Source: an uncultured delta proteobacterium (GTDB taxonomy: Bacteria; Desulfobacterota; Binatia; UBA9968). From it: a stretch of 64,000 nt of DNA. Below the pieces are notes generated by a model. The model was not told where the DNA came from. It saw nothing but the letters and a program-made list of their open reading frames with translations, and did not search any database. This document shows, in pieces, positions 1-10,196 of this stretch (position 1 is the first letter of the stretch; each line of letters begins with the position of its first letter). The DNA is taken from contig CAVSHR010000002.1 in assembly GCA_963727625.1 (NCBI GenBank), forward strand, positions 576,001 through 640,000. The letters are read 5' to 3'. A program made the translations under genes and the position numbers.

Positions 1-2856
1 GCCGACGCAAAGCGGCAGAATGCCGTGCGGCCCGACGATCACAACTATTCGGAAGCCGAGACGCGCGACTACTTCATCGACTTGTTGCTGAAAGAAGCGG
101 GATGGGCGCTCACGAATCCGCAGGACCGGGAGTTTCCCGTTACCGGTATGCCCAACAACGCTGACGAAGGCTTTGTCGATTATGTGCTGTGGGGCGACGA
201 CGGCAAACCGCTCGGGCTGGTCGAGGCAAAGCGGACGAAGCGCGATTCGCGAGTCGGGCAACAGCAGGCGAAGTTGTATGCCGACTGTCTGGAGAAGCCG
301 TTTGGCCAGCGGCCGGTCATCTTTTATTCCAATGGTTACGACCACTGGATGTGGGACGACGCTAGCTACCCGCCGCGGCCGGTGCAGGGTTTTTACAAAA
401 AGCCGGAGCTGGAACTGCTCATTCAACGGCGCACAGCTCGCAAGACATTGGCCGATGCCAAAATCGATGAGTCCATTGTCGAACGCTATTATCAATCACG
501 GTCGATCCGGCGAGTGGGTGAAGCATTTGAGCGGGATTTGGACCGCAAGGCGCTGCTGACCATGGCGACGGGCGCGGGAAAAACCCGGACGGTGATCGCA
601 CTCTGCGAGCTGCTCATGCGCTGCAATTGGGCGAAGCGAGTGCTGTTTCTCGCCGACCGGGTGGCGCTGGTCCGGCAGGCCGTAAACGCTTTCAAGAAAT
701 TTCTTCCCGACACATCGCCCGTCAATCTCGTCACCGAAAAGGATGCCGAAGGCCGGGTATACGTTTCGACTTACCCGACCATGATGGGTTTGATCGAAGA
801 GGCGGACGAGGGTCAACGCCGTTTCGGCGTGGGCCACTTCGATCTGGTGATCATCGACGAGGCGCACCGGTCCGTCTACCAAAAGTACGGCGCGATCTTC
901 GAGTATTTCGATTCCCTGCTGGTTGGGCTCACCGCCACACCGAAGGACGAAGTCGATCGAAACACTTATAGATTGTTTAACCTTGAAAACGGTGTGCCAA
1001 CCGACAACTACACACTCGATGAGGCGGTGCGAGATGGATTCCTGGTGCCGCCGACGGCTGTTTCCGTGCCGTTACGATTCCAGCGCGAAGGGATTTCCTA
1101 CGACCAACTGTCCGAAGAAGAAAAAGAAGAGTGGGATGCGCTGGACTGGAGCGACGACGGCACGATACCGAATCGCGTGGAAGCTCAGGCGGTCAACCGC
1201 TGGCTTTTCAACAAAGACACCGTGGACAAGGTTCTGGAGCACTTGATGACCCGCGGTCTGAAAGTCGCCGGCGGAGATCGCTTGGGAAAGACCATCGTCT
1301 TCGCGAAAAATCACGATCACGCGCAGTTCATCGCCGAGCGCTTCAACATCAATTATCCGCACTACAGAGGCGAGTTTGCCCGCGTGATCGACTTCGAGAC
1401 CGAATATGTCCAGAGCCTGATCGATAACTTCTCCATTCCGGCCAAAGGTCCGCACATCGCCATCTCAGTAGACATGCTCGACACCGGCATCGACATCCCG
1501 GAAGTCGTCAATCTGGTTTTCTTCAAGCTCGTGCGCTCGAAGACCAAGTTCTGGCAGATGCTCGGACGAGGCACGCGGCTCTGCCTCGACTTGTTCGGGC
1601 CTGGCAAGGACAAAGAACTGTTCTACGTTTTTGATTACTGCCAGAACCTTGAGTTCTTCAGTCAAGAGCTGCCGGCCACGGAAGGCAATCTGGGTGATTC
1701 GCTTGCCAAGCGTCTGTTCAACGCGCGCTTCGAGCTGATCGGCGAATTGGACAAGAAAGTTGCGGTCGAGCGGGCGCAGGATGGCGGCGGACACAGCGGC
1801 GAGGCTGCGGCCGCTTTCGGATCGGGATCGAGCGATGACGAGGTGAGGCGAGCGACGGCGGAAATGCTGCGCATCGAAGTGGCGGCGATGAATGTAAATA
1901 ACTTTGTCGTCCGGCCAAAGCGACGCTTTGTTGAAAAGTACGCATCGACGGAGGCCTGGAGTCAATTAGACGGCGTTGCTTACACCGAGCTCGCTCACGA
2001 AGTGGCAGGACTGCCGACGGAACTCGATCCGGAAGACGAAGAAGCGAAGCGTTTCGATTTGCTGATGTTGAATTTACAGCTTGCGGTCTTACGCCACGAA
2101 CCTTCCTTCGCGCGCCTACGAGACCAGGTAAAGGGCATCGCGGGTCTGCTCCAAGACAAGGCCAGCATACCGATGATCCAGGCCGAGCTGCCGCTGATCT
2201 TGGACCTGCAGACCGATGAATGGTGGCAAGAAGTTACCGTGCCGACCTTGGAAGGTGTACGAAGACGCCTGCGCTCGTTGGTCAAGCTGATCGATAAAAA
2301 ACAGCGCCAGCCGATTTACACCGACTTCGAAGACTTAATGGGCAGCGAAAGAGAAATTACTTTGCCGGGATTCACGCTGCCAAGTGATTTCGAGCGGTTT
2401 CGCGCCAAAGCGCGCCAGTTTCTCAAGGCCAACGAAAATCACATTGCCGTGTACAAACTGCGCATGAATGAGCCGCTCACGCCGACCGACTTGGCGGAGC
2501 TGGAGCGCATGCTCTCGGAAAGCGGCATTGGCGCTGTCGAGGAGGTGCAAAGAGCCAAGGAAACCAGTCAAGGATTGGGCCTCTTCGTGCGCTCGCTCGT
2601 CGGGCTCGACCGCGAAGCCGCGAAAAAGGCGCTCGGCAGTTTTCTTGGCGGGAGAACGTTGCGCGCAAATCAGATCGAGTTTCTAAACTTGATCATCGAT
2701 CACTTGACCGAGCATGGCTCGATGGATGCGAGCTTGCTTTACGATTCGCCCTACACCGACTTCACCCCGCGCGGTGTCGACGGGGTATTTGAGTCAACAG
2801 AAGTTGATGAGCTTGTGGCGATTTTAGACGAGGTAAGGAAGCGGGCGGTGGGGTAA
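1..2856 (+). CDS. hsdR: Type I restriction endonuclease R subunit (EcoEI/EcoAI-like), 5'-truncated by the window edge
   Basis: Nuclease motif VDYVLW..VEAKR, Walker A MATGAGKT, DEAH box IIDEAHRS, LTATP, DMLDTGID and QMLGRGTR. The frame is open back to base 1. Confidence 0.93.
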   Translation, partial: ADAKRQNAVRPDDHNYSEAETRDYFIDLLLKEAGWALTNPQDREFPVTGMPNNADEGFVDYVLWGDDGKPLGLVEAKRTKRDSRVGQQQAKLYADCLEKPFGQRPVIFYSNGYDHWMWDDASYPPRPVQGFYKKPELELLIQRRTARKTLADAKIDESIVERYYQSRSIRRVGEAFERDLDRKALLTMATGAGKTRTVIALCELLMRCNWAKRVLFLADRVALVRQAVNAFKKFLPDTSPVNLVTEKDAEGRVYVSTYPTMMGLIEEADEGQRRFGVGHFDLVIIDEAHRSVYQKYGAIFEYFDSLLVGLTATPKDEVDRNTYRLFNLENGVPTDNYTLDEAVRDGFLVPPTAVSVPLRFQREGISYDQLSEEEKEEWDALDWSDDGTIPNRVEAQAVNRWLFNKDTVDKVLEHLMTRGLKVAGGDRLGKTIVFAKNHDHAQFIAERFNINYPHYRGEFARVIDFETEYVQSLIDNFSIPAKGPHIAISVDMLDTGIDIPEVVNLVFFKLVRSKTKFWQMLGRGTRLCLDLFGPGKDKELFYVFDYCQNLEFFSQELPATEGNLGDSLAKRLFNARFELIGELDKKVAVERAQDGGGHSGEAAAAFGSGSSDDEVRRATAEMLRIEVAAMNVNNFVVRPKRRFVEKYASTEAWSQLDGVAYTELAHEVAGLPTELDPEDEEAKRFDLLMLNLQLAVLRHEPSFARLRDQVKGIAGLLQDKASIPMIQAELPLILDLQTDEWWQEVTVPTLEGVRRRLRSLVKLIDKKQRQPIYTDFEDLMGSEREITLPGFTLPSDFERFRAKARQFLKANENHIAVYKLRMNEPLTPTDLAELERMLSESGIGAVEEVQRAKETSQGLGLFVRSLVGLDREAAKKALGSFLGGRTLRANQIEFLNLIIDHLTEHGSMDASLLYDSPYTDFTPRGVDGVFESTEVDELVAILDEVRKRAVG

Positions 2857-2942
2857 TACACCACATCGTTGCCAGTGAAAATTTCGGGTTTCCGCAAACT
2901 ATCCATGTCTTCGGCACGGCAACGGCGGGTTTTACGATGGCG

Positions 2943-3146
2943 CTATGGTTTGACAGCAAATAACTCCGCGTAGTTCTCCATCCCCAATTTTCTCTTCCCG
3001 GTCTCCAACTCGAGGATCATCTCCAGCAGCTTGCGGCAGAGCGGCGTCGGGATTCCTAGTCGTTCGCTTTCGCGGATCACGTGGGCGAGGGTGAAGTCGA
3101 CTTCGGTCTTGATGCCCTTCTGAATCTGCCGGAGAGGGCCTTTGCG
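2943..3146 (-). pseudogene. Orphan 3' fragment of a ketopantoate-reductase-family gene (copy of the end of 5302..6294)
   Basis: 2962..3146 aligns without gaps to 5312..5496 (24 mismatches in 185 nt by manual count). It translates RKGPLRQIQKGIKTEVDFTLAHV...ENYAELFAVKP* and has no 5' part. Confidence 0.9.
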
Positions 3147-3526
3147 ACGCCTATTTCACCTCTTCTCTCATTATTACTTTCAGAACGTCGGTACCTGGTT
3201 TGCGTCGCCCGCGCAAAACAGCACATCGCTGACGTCGCTCGGCGCTCTACATATTTGGGCCGGCATTTCTGATCCGAAGGATCGTCCGGTGCAGTTTGAT
3301 CTGCGCGCGGAAATTCTGAAGAACGGTGTTGCAATCGCTGCCGGCGAATTATCCCGGGTCCATCAGCTTCGGCAAGGACCGGAAAACGCCATGGGCAGCT
3401 GTTGTGTTATCGAATCAATAGGTGTTTCTCGCCATGGAAGGAATTCTCCTCGACCCACCCAATGTATGAATCCGTCCGTACGACTTTACCTGAGGTATTT
3501 TCACGATTGCTTTTCGTTAGGGTGAC

Positions 3527-4009
3527 ATGCGCGGGATAGATACTGCTAGAGTCTTTGTGCTGATTGGAGTCTTATCTGTTGCGGGTTGCAGCCAGACGAC
3601 TCATAAGGCTACCAGTTTCACTAGGACTGTAACTACCATGGTTGCAGTAAACGCTAACGTGCGTTCTCAAGTCTGGGTGTCCGATCGGAAAGTCGGAACC
3701 ACTCCCGTTGTTTTTCCTTTCAACTATGAAGAGGAAGTGGATTTACAGGCAAAAGATAAAAACTATTGGGAAACAAATCCGGGAACAGCCGCTGTGGTAA
3801 CAGTGTTGAGCTTTGGGACTTATCTTCCCTTCTCATTGATTCCGGTGGAGCCAACGGCAGATTCACGTCCATCGGGAAAATACCTCAAAAATAAATTTAT
3901 CTTGCGCCTCGAAGCAGAAAGTTACGAGCCATTGACAAATAGCGTTGAATGCCAGGGCCAAGAGAAATTAGAGATCAACGTGACATTAAAAGAGTCGCGC
4001 AAACAATAA
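3527..4009 (+). CDS. Lipoprotein with a PEGA-like beta domain
   Basis: Signal peptide with lipobox VAGC; VNANVRSQVWVSDRKVGTTPV and LRLEAESYEP resemble PEGA motifs. Confidence 0.65.
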   Translation: MRGIDTARVFVLIGVLSVAGCSQTTHKATSFTRTVTTMVAVNANVRSQVWVSDRKVGTTPVVFPFNYEEEVDLQAKDKNYWETNPGTAAVVTVLSFGTYLPFSLIPVEPTADSRPSGKYLKNKFILRLEAESYEPLTNSVECQGQEKLEINVTLKESRKQ

Positions 4010-4034
4010 TCCTAGCCATAGAGAAAGGCATTCA

Positions 4035-4574
4035 ATGCCAAGAGCACTAATCGAAAAAATTTGCCTGACAGTCACGATGCTGGTGATCACGGGATGTGGG
4101 GCTACCGACTTTCAGTCCAAGATGCCGGACTCTTTTGCCTTGCAACAAGGTCAAACCATTGAGTTCCCGCCCATTGAAAACTCCACCGGCAAGTCCCTTG
4201 ATCCTCCGGCGGATCAGATTTTCAATGAGTATATGACTACGTTGCTTCAGGAAAGAAAACTTCTACAAACTTCACCACAGCAGCCAGCCACACTGATTCT
4301 GAAAACAAAACTAATAGAATACGAGCCTGGCAACGCGGCTGCTCGATGGGTGCTCCCTGGTCTGGGCACGACAGTCTGCACTGTCCATGCAGAGCTTCTC
4401 GACAAGAGCACTGGAGCCCTTAAGGGTCGAATGCAAGCCCGGCAAACCGTCTCCTTTGGAGGGGCCTACTCTATAGGAGCTGACAAGTATATCTGCAAAC
4501 GTGCAGCGGACGACCTTATCGAGGAAATAGACAAGAAAATGGGCAAGAAAGAAGTTGAGGCGCCATCGCAATAG
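4035..4574 (+). CDS. DUF4410-like lipoprotein
   Basis: Lipobox ITGC; LIEYEPGNAAARWVLPGLG matches my recollection of the DUF4410 pattern. Confidence 0.7.
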   Translation: MPRALIEKICLTVTMLVITGCGATDFQSKMPDSFALQQGQTIEFPPIENSTGKSLDPPADQIFNEYMTTLLQERKLLQTSPQQPATLILKTKLIEYEPGNAAARWVLPGLGTTVCTVHAELLDKSTGALKGRMQARQTVSFGGAYSIGADKYICKRAADDLIEEIDKKMGKKEVEAPSQ

Positions 4575-4732
4575 ATCAATCAGCCATTGGTAACTGATAA
4601 GCAGGTAGAAATCCGATCGAGCGTAACCGTCAAGACTTGCGTAAATAAGGAAACTGGGGAAGCTGGCGATTGGATATGATAGACGAAGTCGAATTTCACG
4701 AGTTGAAATACGATAGAGAGCGCGTTCAAAGA

Positions 4733-4825
4733 ATGGTGGCGGATTACGCCATGGCGCCGGCCAAGGTGGCGCGTCAAGTGGGAATCTCGACCTCGGGGTT
4801 TCGAAGTTATTGAGCTTGAGTTTGT
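4733..4825 (+). pseudogene. Possible helix-turn-helix remnant (transposase C-terminus-like)
   Basis: MVADYAMAPAKVARQVGISTSG followed in a shifted frame by VSKLLS; HTH-like but short. Confidence 0.25.
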
Positions 4826-5301
4826 CCAGTTAATTATAGCGACGTATGGCATTGCAAGCGGAACATCAAGGGAGTTGTGCGATGATATCGCAGGCGAGCC
4901 GGCAACGCAGCGTGGCAATGGAATCGGGCTCCTGACAGCGAGCGCGCTGGGCTGCCGGGCGGCGTGAGCTTTCCCCCATAGGTTGGACAGTTTTTAACCC
5001 CAAATAAGCTCGTCAATCGGACTTCGGAAAGTCGCTTTTTGCGACTCTTGCTCTCGGACCTGTGGAAAGAAAAAAAGTCAGATAAAGGGATCCGAGTCGG
5101 TCGATCGAAGAAATTTTCTCTCCACAATCGCTTATATGTATAAGTCAACACTTTATTTGACAGTCGGCTGATAAGTCCTCATGGTTGGCTATTGTGAGGG
5201 TATCAGATAAAAAGAACTTATCGGCCGGTGGAAAAGCATCGGTATAATCAGCCTGGAGGCGTAAATAAGATGTCGAATCGCGGGGTGTAGTCGCCATCAC
5301 A

Positions 5302-6294
5302 TCACGCGCGCAACTCGGCGTAGTTTTCCAAGCTGAGCTTGCGTTTGCCGATTTCCAGCTCGTGGATCATCTCCAGCAGTTTGCGGCAGAGCGGCGTCGG
5401 GATTCCTAATCGTTCGCCCTCGCGGATCACGTGGGCGAGGGTGAAATCGACTTCGGTCTTGATGCCTTTCTGAATTTGCCGGAGCGGGCCTTTGCGGTCG
5501 TCGACTTTCCAGGACTTGGCGAATTCATTGACGGCGGCGAGCCGCTTTTCGAATGGGATGCTAGGGTGAAAATCCGGCGGGTTATATTCGGCGAGTGGGA
5601 TAAATCGGGCGCCGGCCGCTTTTCCGACCGCGACGACTTCGCCGAAAAATTCCGTCAGATTTCTTCGGCTTGCTTCATCGGCGCAGCTGGTGGCCAGAGA
5701 AGCGTCCGCAAGCGAACCGAAGTAACCCAGGCAAGTATAGGTGAGCTTGCTCCACAAGACGCCGAGAATGTTGTCGGTGATCTCGGTTTCCATCACGGTG
5801 TTGAGCAGCTTGGCGAGATTTTCCAGTGCGGGTGTCGTCCGGCCATGCAGGTGGCCGACGTAGAGGTGGCCGCGCGTGGCGGTGTGCAAATGGCCCGGGG
5901 CGTGGCGCCGCGAGCCCATGCGGATCGCCATACCGACGGTGCGGTCGGCGCCGACTTTTTCTTGCAGCTGCGGCGGATTGATGCCGTTTTGCATCGATAC
6001 CAGCAAGCCGTCGTCTGTCAGGTGCGGCAGTACCGTGTTCAGGGCGTCGGGCGTGTAGTTCGACCGTACGGCGATCATGCCGATGTCGTATTTGCCCTGA
6101 ACCTCGTTCGGGAAAACGACGTTGACTTTCACGTTGAACGGACCGTCGGGCACGTCGACCTGCAAGCCCTTGGCGCGGATCGCCGCGACATGCTCTTGGT
6201 CGACATCGACGAAAGTCATATCGTTGCCCGCGCGCGCTAGCCTGCCGCCGATGATGCCGCCGATGGGACCGGTGCCGATGACGATGATGCGCAT
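5302..6294 (-). CDS. Ketopantoate reductase (PanE/ApbA) family oxidoreductase
   Basis: N-terminal GTGPIGG Rossmann motif, SMQNG, WSKL and TEVD. Confidence 0.9.
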   Translation of the reverse strand: MRIIVIGTGPIGGIIGGRLARAGNDMTFVDVDQEHVAAIRAKGLQVDVPDGPFNVKVNVVFPNEVQGKYDIGMIAVRSNYTPDALNTVLPHLTDDGLLVSMQNGINPPQLQEKVGADRTVGMAIRMGSRRHAPGHLHTATRGHLYVGHLHGRTTPALENLAKLLNTVMETEITDNILGVLWSKLTYTCLGYFGSLADASLATSCADEASRRNLTEFFGEVVAVGKAAGARFIPLAEYNPPDFHPSIPFEKRLAAVNEFAKSWKVDDRKGPLRQIQKGIKTEVDFTLAHVIREGERLGIPTPLCRKLLEMIHELEIGKRKLSLENYAELRA

Positions 6295-6552
6295 AGCCGA
6301 TCATCCTCCTTGGTAACCTTGCTGGCTCCGCCCAAGATATTGAATCGATAAGAAAGCGTCAAACGATTTCTGTTTAGCAAGAAGTCCTGTCACGAGGGTC
6401 GCCGGCTCACCTGGCGCTACTACTTGAAGAATTGACAGGCGTGGCATAAGTAAATCGAAGCGCTCGCCGCTCTCTACCGTCGAGGTGGAGAGAATCGGAT
6501 CTGTGAAACTGCCTCTGATCGTGGCGGTCCGCTGAGAACTGGAGGAAACTGA

Positions 6553-7338
6553 ATGCTCCGCAGCAACGAAACCTACGACATGCTGCTCAAGCTGGTAAAG
6601 ACGCGGCATAGCGTGCGCAAATTCAAGCCGGATCCGATTCCGGAAGACACCATCGAGAAAATTTTGGAAGTCGGCCGCTGGGCGATGTCCGGGGCGAACT
6701 CGCAGCCCTGGGAATTCATCGTCGTCACCGATCCGAAGCTCAAAAAAGAGCTGCGCGATGCTTACTCTGAATACAATACGGATTTTATCTTCTGGATGGA
6801 ACAGCAGCGCGAGTACAATCTGCGCCATCCGTCCTATCAGGTAAAAAACGACCCGCATGAATCGCTCCGTTTCAACAAGGCCAAGGCCAACTGGCATCAG
6901 GCGCCGGCGGTGATCGTGGTGTGCGGCGACGGGCGGCGCCAGTGGGGCACGGTGATGGGCGCGCATACCTTCGGGCGCGACCAATCGCACTTGACCGACA
7001 GCCTGGCCAATGCCAGCTTCCTGATTCACCTCGCCGTCGCTTCATTGGGCCTGACGTCGGAGTGGGTGTCGATCCATATCGAGGAGCCGCACAAGCGTAT
7101 CCTCGGAGTGCCCGATTTATTGAAACTGTACCTGATCATACCCATCGGTTACCCCGATGTCGCGAGCCGCGGCGACGGCGTGCGCCGGCCGCTTCAGGAC
7201 ATCGTCCACCGCGAGCGCTACGACATGAGCAAGTACATGTCCAACGAGGACGTGATCAAATATCTCCATTCGCTGCGCGAAGCAACGGTGCCGATTCATT
7301 CGGCATCGCGCTCGGTGGAGGCGGAAGAAAAGAAGTAA
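6553..7338 (+). CDS. Nitroreductase family protein (copy 1)
   Basis: RHSVRKF and WAMSGANSQPWEFIVV; GGAGG RBS upstream. Confidence 0.92.
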   Translation: MLRSNETYDMLLKLVKTRHSVRKFKPDPIPEDTIEKILEVGRWAMSGANSQPWEFIVVTDPKLKKELRDAYSEYNTDFIFWMEQQREYNLRHPSYQVKNDPHESLRFNKAKANWHQAPAVIVVCGDGRRQWGTVMGAHTFGRDQSHLTDSLANASFLIHLAVASLGLTSEWVSIHIEEPHKRILGVPDLLKLYLIIPIGYPDVASRGDGVRRPLQDIVHRERYDMSKYMSNEDVIKYLHSLREATVPIHSASRSVEAEEKK

Positions 7339-9003
7339 ATGACCGAGAGCGCCGTCAATCCGATCACCGTCGAAGTGGTGCGCAGCGGCCTGGCCCATAT
7401 CGCCAACGAGATGGCCACCGTGCTGCGCAAAACTTCTTACAACATGATGATCTACGAGGTGCGCGACTATTGCGTGGGCATCGTCGATCCCGAGGGAAAT
7501 ATTCTCTCGCAGAACTTCGGCGCCCTGCCGATCTTTCTCGCCGACTTGGGACCGGCGATTTTGGACGGCGTGCACATGCACGGCCGGGACGGTTTTCAGC
7601 CCGGCGACGTGCTGCTCATGAATCATCCCTACGTTTGCGGCCAGCACTTGAACAATGTCGTGGTCTACACGCCGTTCTTTCATCGGGGCGAACTGGTCGC
7701 GTTCCTCGCCGTGCGCGCCCACTGGATCGACATCGGCGGCACACGGGTCGGCTTCGGCTTCAGCGGCACCCGGGAAGTCTACGAAGAGGGCTTGCAATTT
7801 CGCTCGCTCAAGCTTTACCGCGGCGAGCAGCCGAACCAGGATATTTTTCAAATCATCACCGACAATGTGCGCTTCGCCGAGTCCTGTCTCGGCGACCTGC
7901 GCGCGCAGATCGCCGCCTGCCGGGTCGGCGACCGCGGCTTAGGCTCCTTGGTGGATCGCTACGGTTTGAAAACTTTTTTGCGAGCCGTCCGAACCATCTG
8001 GAGCCAATCAGAAGCGCTGGCGCGCGAAAAGGTTGCGCAGATCAAACCGGGGAAGTATCAAGCCGAAGCGTCGTTCGACAGCGACGGCGTTAATCTGGAC
8101 CGGCCGGTGCCGCTCAAGGTCGGCGTCGAAGTCGGTGGCAATGAGATGACTATCGATTTCTCAGAAATCAGCGATCAGGTGCCGGGCTCGATCAATTCCG
8201 GCGAGTCGGGCGCGGTGGCGGCGGCGCGAGTGGCATTCAAATCGCTCGTCGCGCCGTTTTCGCCCATCGACGAAGGCTGTTTCCGGCCGCTGAAGATCGT
8301 CATCCCCGAGGGGAAAATCTTGAGCGCCACGCCGCCGTCGCCGGTGGGTAACTGGAGCCGCACTCTGCCTACGGTCATCGATTTGATATTTCGCGCCTTG
8401 GCGCCGGCCATGCCCGACAAGATCGCCGCCGGCCACAAGGGCGATATGGGCGGCTATGCGTTCTTCGGCGCCGATCCCAAAACCGGCCGACGATTTCTCT
8501 GCCAGACGATCATGGGCGGCGGCTGGGGCGCGCGCGCCGGCGCGGACGGCGAGAATGCCACGGTGTCCATGTGCCAGGGCGACGTGCAAAACGCTCCGGT
8601 CGAGTTGCAGGAAATTTATTATCCTGTTTTGGTGGAGCATGAACGCTTGCGCGAAGGCAGCGGCGGGCCGGGAAAGTTTCGCGGCGGCCTGGGCATCGAA
8701 GTCGCAGTGCGGGTGCTTTGCGACGCCTTCACCAATATCAATGTCGAGCGCCAGCGCACCGCACCATGGGGGCTGTTCGGCGGCCAAGACGGCGCGACGG
8801 CCAAGGCGCTGGTGAAACAGGCGCCAGAAGATGCGGGAACATGGATGACTAAAAAGCCCAATTATCCTTTGAAGGCCGGCGGCAGCGTGACATTTCTCAC
8901 CGCGGGCGGCGGCGGGTATGGCTCGCCGGGCGAGCGCTCGTGTGAGCTGATCGAGCGGGATCATGAGCTGGGCTATGTTGCGGCGCTAAACGAATCGAGG
9001 TGA
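7339..9003 (+). CDS. Hydantoinase B / oxoprolinase family protein (copy 1)
   Basis: NHPYVCGQHLNN, RAHWIDIGG, EEGL, GGPGKFRGG and TAGGGGYG. Confidence 0.93.
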   Translation: MTESAVNPITVEVVRSGLAHIANEMATVLRKTSYNMMIYEVRDYCVGIVDPEGNILSQNFGALPIFLADLGPAILDGVHMHGRDGFQPGDVLLMNHPYVCGQHLNNVVVYTPFFHRGELVAFLAVRAHWIDIGGTRVGFGFSGTREVYEEGLQFRSLKLYRGEQPNQDIFQIITDNVRFAESCLGDLRAQIAACRVGDRGLGSLVDRYGLKTFLRAVRTIWSQSEALAREKVAQIKPGKYQAEASFDSDGVNLDRPVPLKVGVEVGGNEMTIDFSEISDQVPGSINSGESGAVAAARVAFKSLVAPFSPIDEGCFRPLKIVIPEGKILSATPPSPVGNWSRTLPTVIDLIFRALAPAMPDKIAAGHKGDMGGYAFFGADPKTGRRFLCQTIMGGGWGARAGADGENATVSMCQGDVQNAPVELQEIYYPVLVEHERLREGSGGPGKFRGGLGIEVAVRVLCDAFTNINVERQRTAPWGLFGGQDGATAKALVKQAPEDAGTWMTKKPNYPLKAGGSVTFLTAGGGGYGSPGERSCELIERDHELGYVAALNESR

Positions 9004-9005
9004 TT

Positions 9006-10115
9006 ATGAACGATAATCAAGAATTCGCTATACGCATCGCTCGCGCGCGCGCAGCGATGCGCGAAAAGGGCTTGCAAACTCTGTTGGTCTACGACTCCGG
9101 CCGGCATAATTTTTTGCGCATGAACTATGTCGCTTATCTGACCGACTTCATCAGCGTCGGGCCGCAGACCATGCTGATCGTGTCTCTGGAGGATGCGGCG
9201 GTACTCTATTTGTCGCCGGTGTGGGATATTGCGCGGGCCCGGGAAGAATCCTTCGTCAAGGACATCAAGCCGTTCAACGAATTCTGGCCGCGATTGACGG
9301 CCTTATCCGGCAAGGCAGGCTTGATCGGCCGCGAGGCGATGGATGTCGGTCTGCACGACGAAGTTACAAAATCCCTCGGACAAGCGCCGGTCAACGCGAA
9401 AGAGATCATCGAAGACATGGCGCGCTCGAAGACTCCGCTGGAGCTTGAGCGCTTGCGGCGCGCGGCTTCAATTGCCGATGCCGGCGTCCAGGCGCTGCAC
9501 GAAGACGCGCATCCCGGCTTGAAAGAATTCGAGCTTGCTGCCATCGTCGAGTACCGGATGCGCTCGCTCGGCGCCGAGGATAATTTTGGCATGGTCGTGG
9601 CCAACAGTCACAACCATGCGCTGCATCCGCCGACAGACCGCGTCGTCCAGCCTGGCGATATCATCATCGGCGAGATCACACCCTGTATCGGCGGACTCTT
9701 CGTGCAGATTTGCCGCACGATGGTTTTGGGCGATCCGGCTCCGGTAGTGCGCGAAAAGTACGCCATTTTGAAAAAAGCGATGGGTTTGGGGATGGAAGCG
9801 GCGAGAACCGGAGCGCCGGCGAGCGACGTCGCCGAGGCGATCAACGGCACCTTTATCGAGTACGGCTACGAACAATATTGCCGGCCGCCGTTCATGCGGG
9901 TGCGCGGTCACGGCCTCGGCTGCGGTTCGTTCGCGCCGGGCAGCTTGGAAGACAGCAACAAGACTCAATTGGCGGAGAACATGACGTTTATCGTTCATCC
10001 AAATCAGTATCTGCCCGAGACCGGGTATCTGACCCTGGGTGACACGGTGGTGATGGGAAAGACCAAAGCGGAATCGCTGATGAAATCGACTTGGGATCTT
10101 TTTGTTAAAGATTAA
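9006..10115 (+). CDS. M24/creatinase-like protein with non-canonical metal ligands
   Basis: Creatinase-N-like start, KTPLELERLRRA, ICRT and GHGLG; ATG at 9006. Confidence 0.88.
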   Translation: MNDNQEFAIRIARARAAMREKGLQTLLVYDSGRHNFLRMNYVAYLTDFISVGPQTMLIVSLEDAAVLYLSPVWDIARAREESFVKDIKPFNEFWPRLTALSGKAGLIGREAMDVGLHDEVTKSLGQAPVNAKEIIEDMARSKTPLELERLRRAASIADAGVQALHEDAHPGLKEFELAAIVEYRMRSLGAEDNFGMVVANSHNHALHPPTDRVVQPGDIIIGEITPCIGGLFVQICRTMVLGDPAPVVREKYAILKKAMGLGMEAARTGAPASDVAEAINGTFIEYGYEQYCRPPFMRVRGHGLGCGSFAPGSLEDSNKTQLAENMTFIVHPNQYLPETGYLTLGDTVVMGKTKAESLMKSTWDLFVKD

Positions 10116-10120
10116 TCTCC

Positions 10121-10165
10121 GTTCAAATCGTTCAAATCGTTCAAGTCGTTCAAAACGTTCAAATC
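10121..10165. repeat. Tandem 9-bp repeat GTTCAAnnC, 5 units
   Basis: gttcaaatc gttcaaatc gttcaagtc gttcaaaac gttcaaatc, directly after a stop codon. Confidence 0.9.
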
Positions 10166-10196
10166 GTAGATCGGAATTAGATGAGATGAGGGAAAG

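Noticed and set aside
6470-6545. Hairpin (ctctctacc/ggtggagag) in the nitroreductase leader as a riboswitch
   Set aside because: It is a single stem with no recognisable aptamer consensus; an Rfam search would be needed.
10121-10165. GTTCAA arrays as a CRISPR array
   Set aside because: The period is only 9 nt, there are no spacer-length unique sequences, and no cas genes are present.
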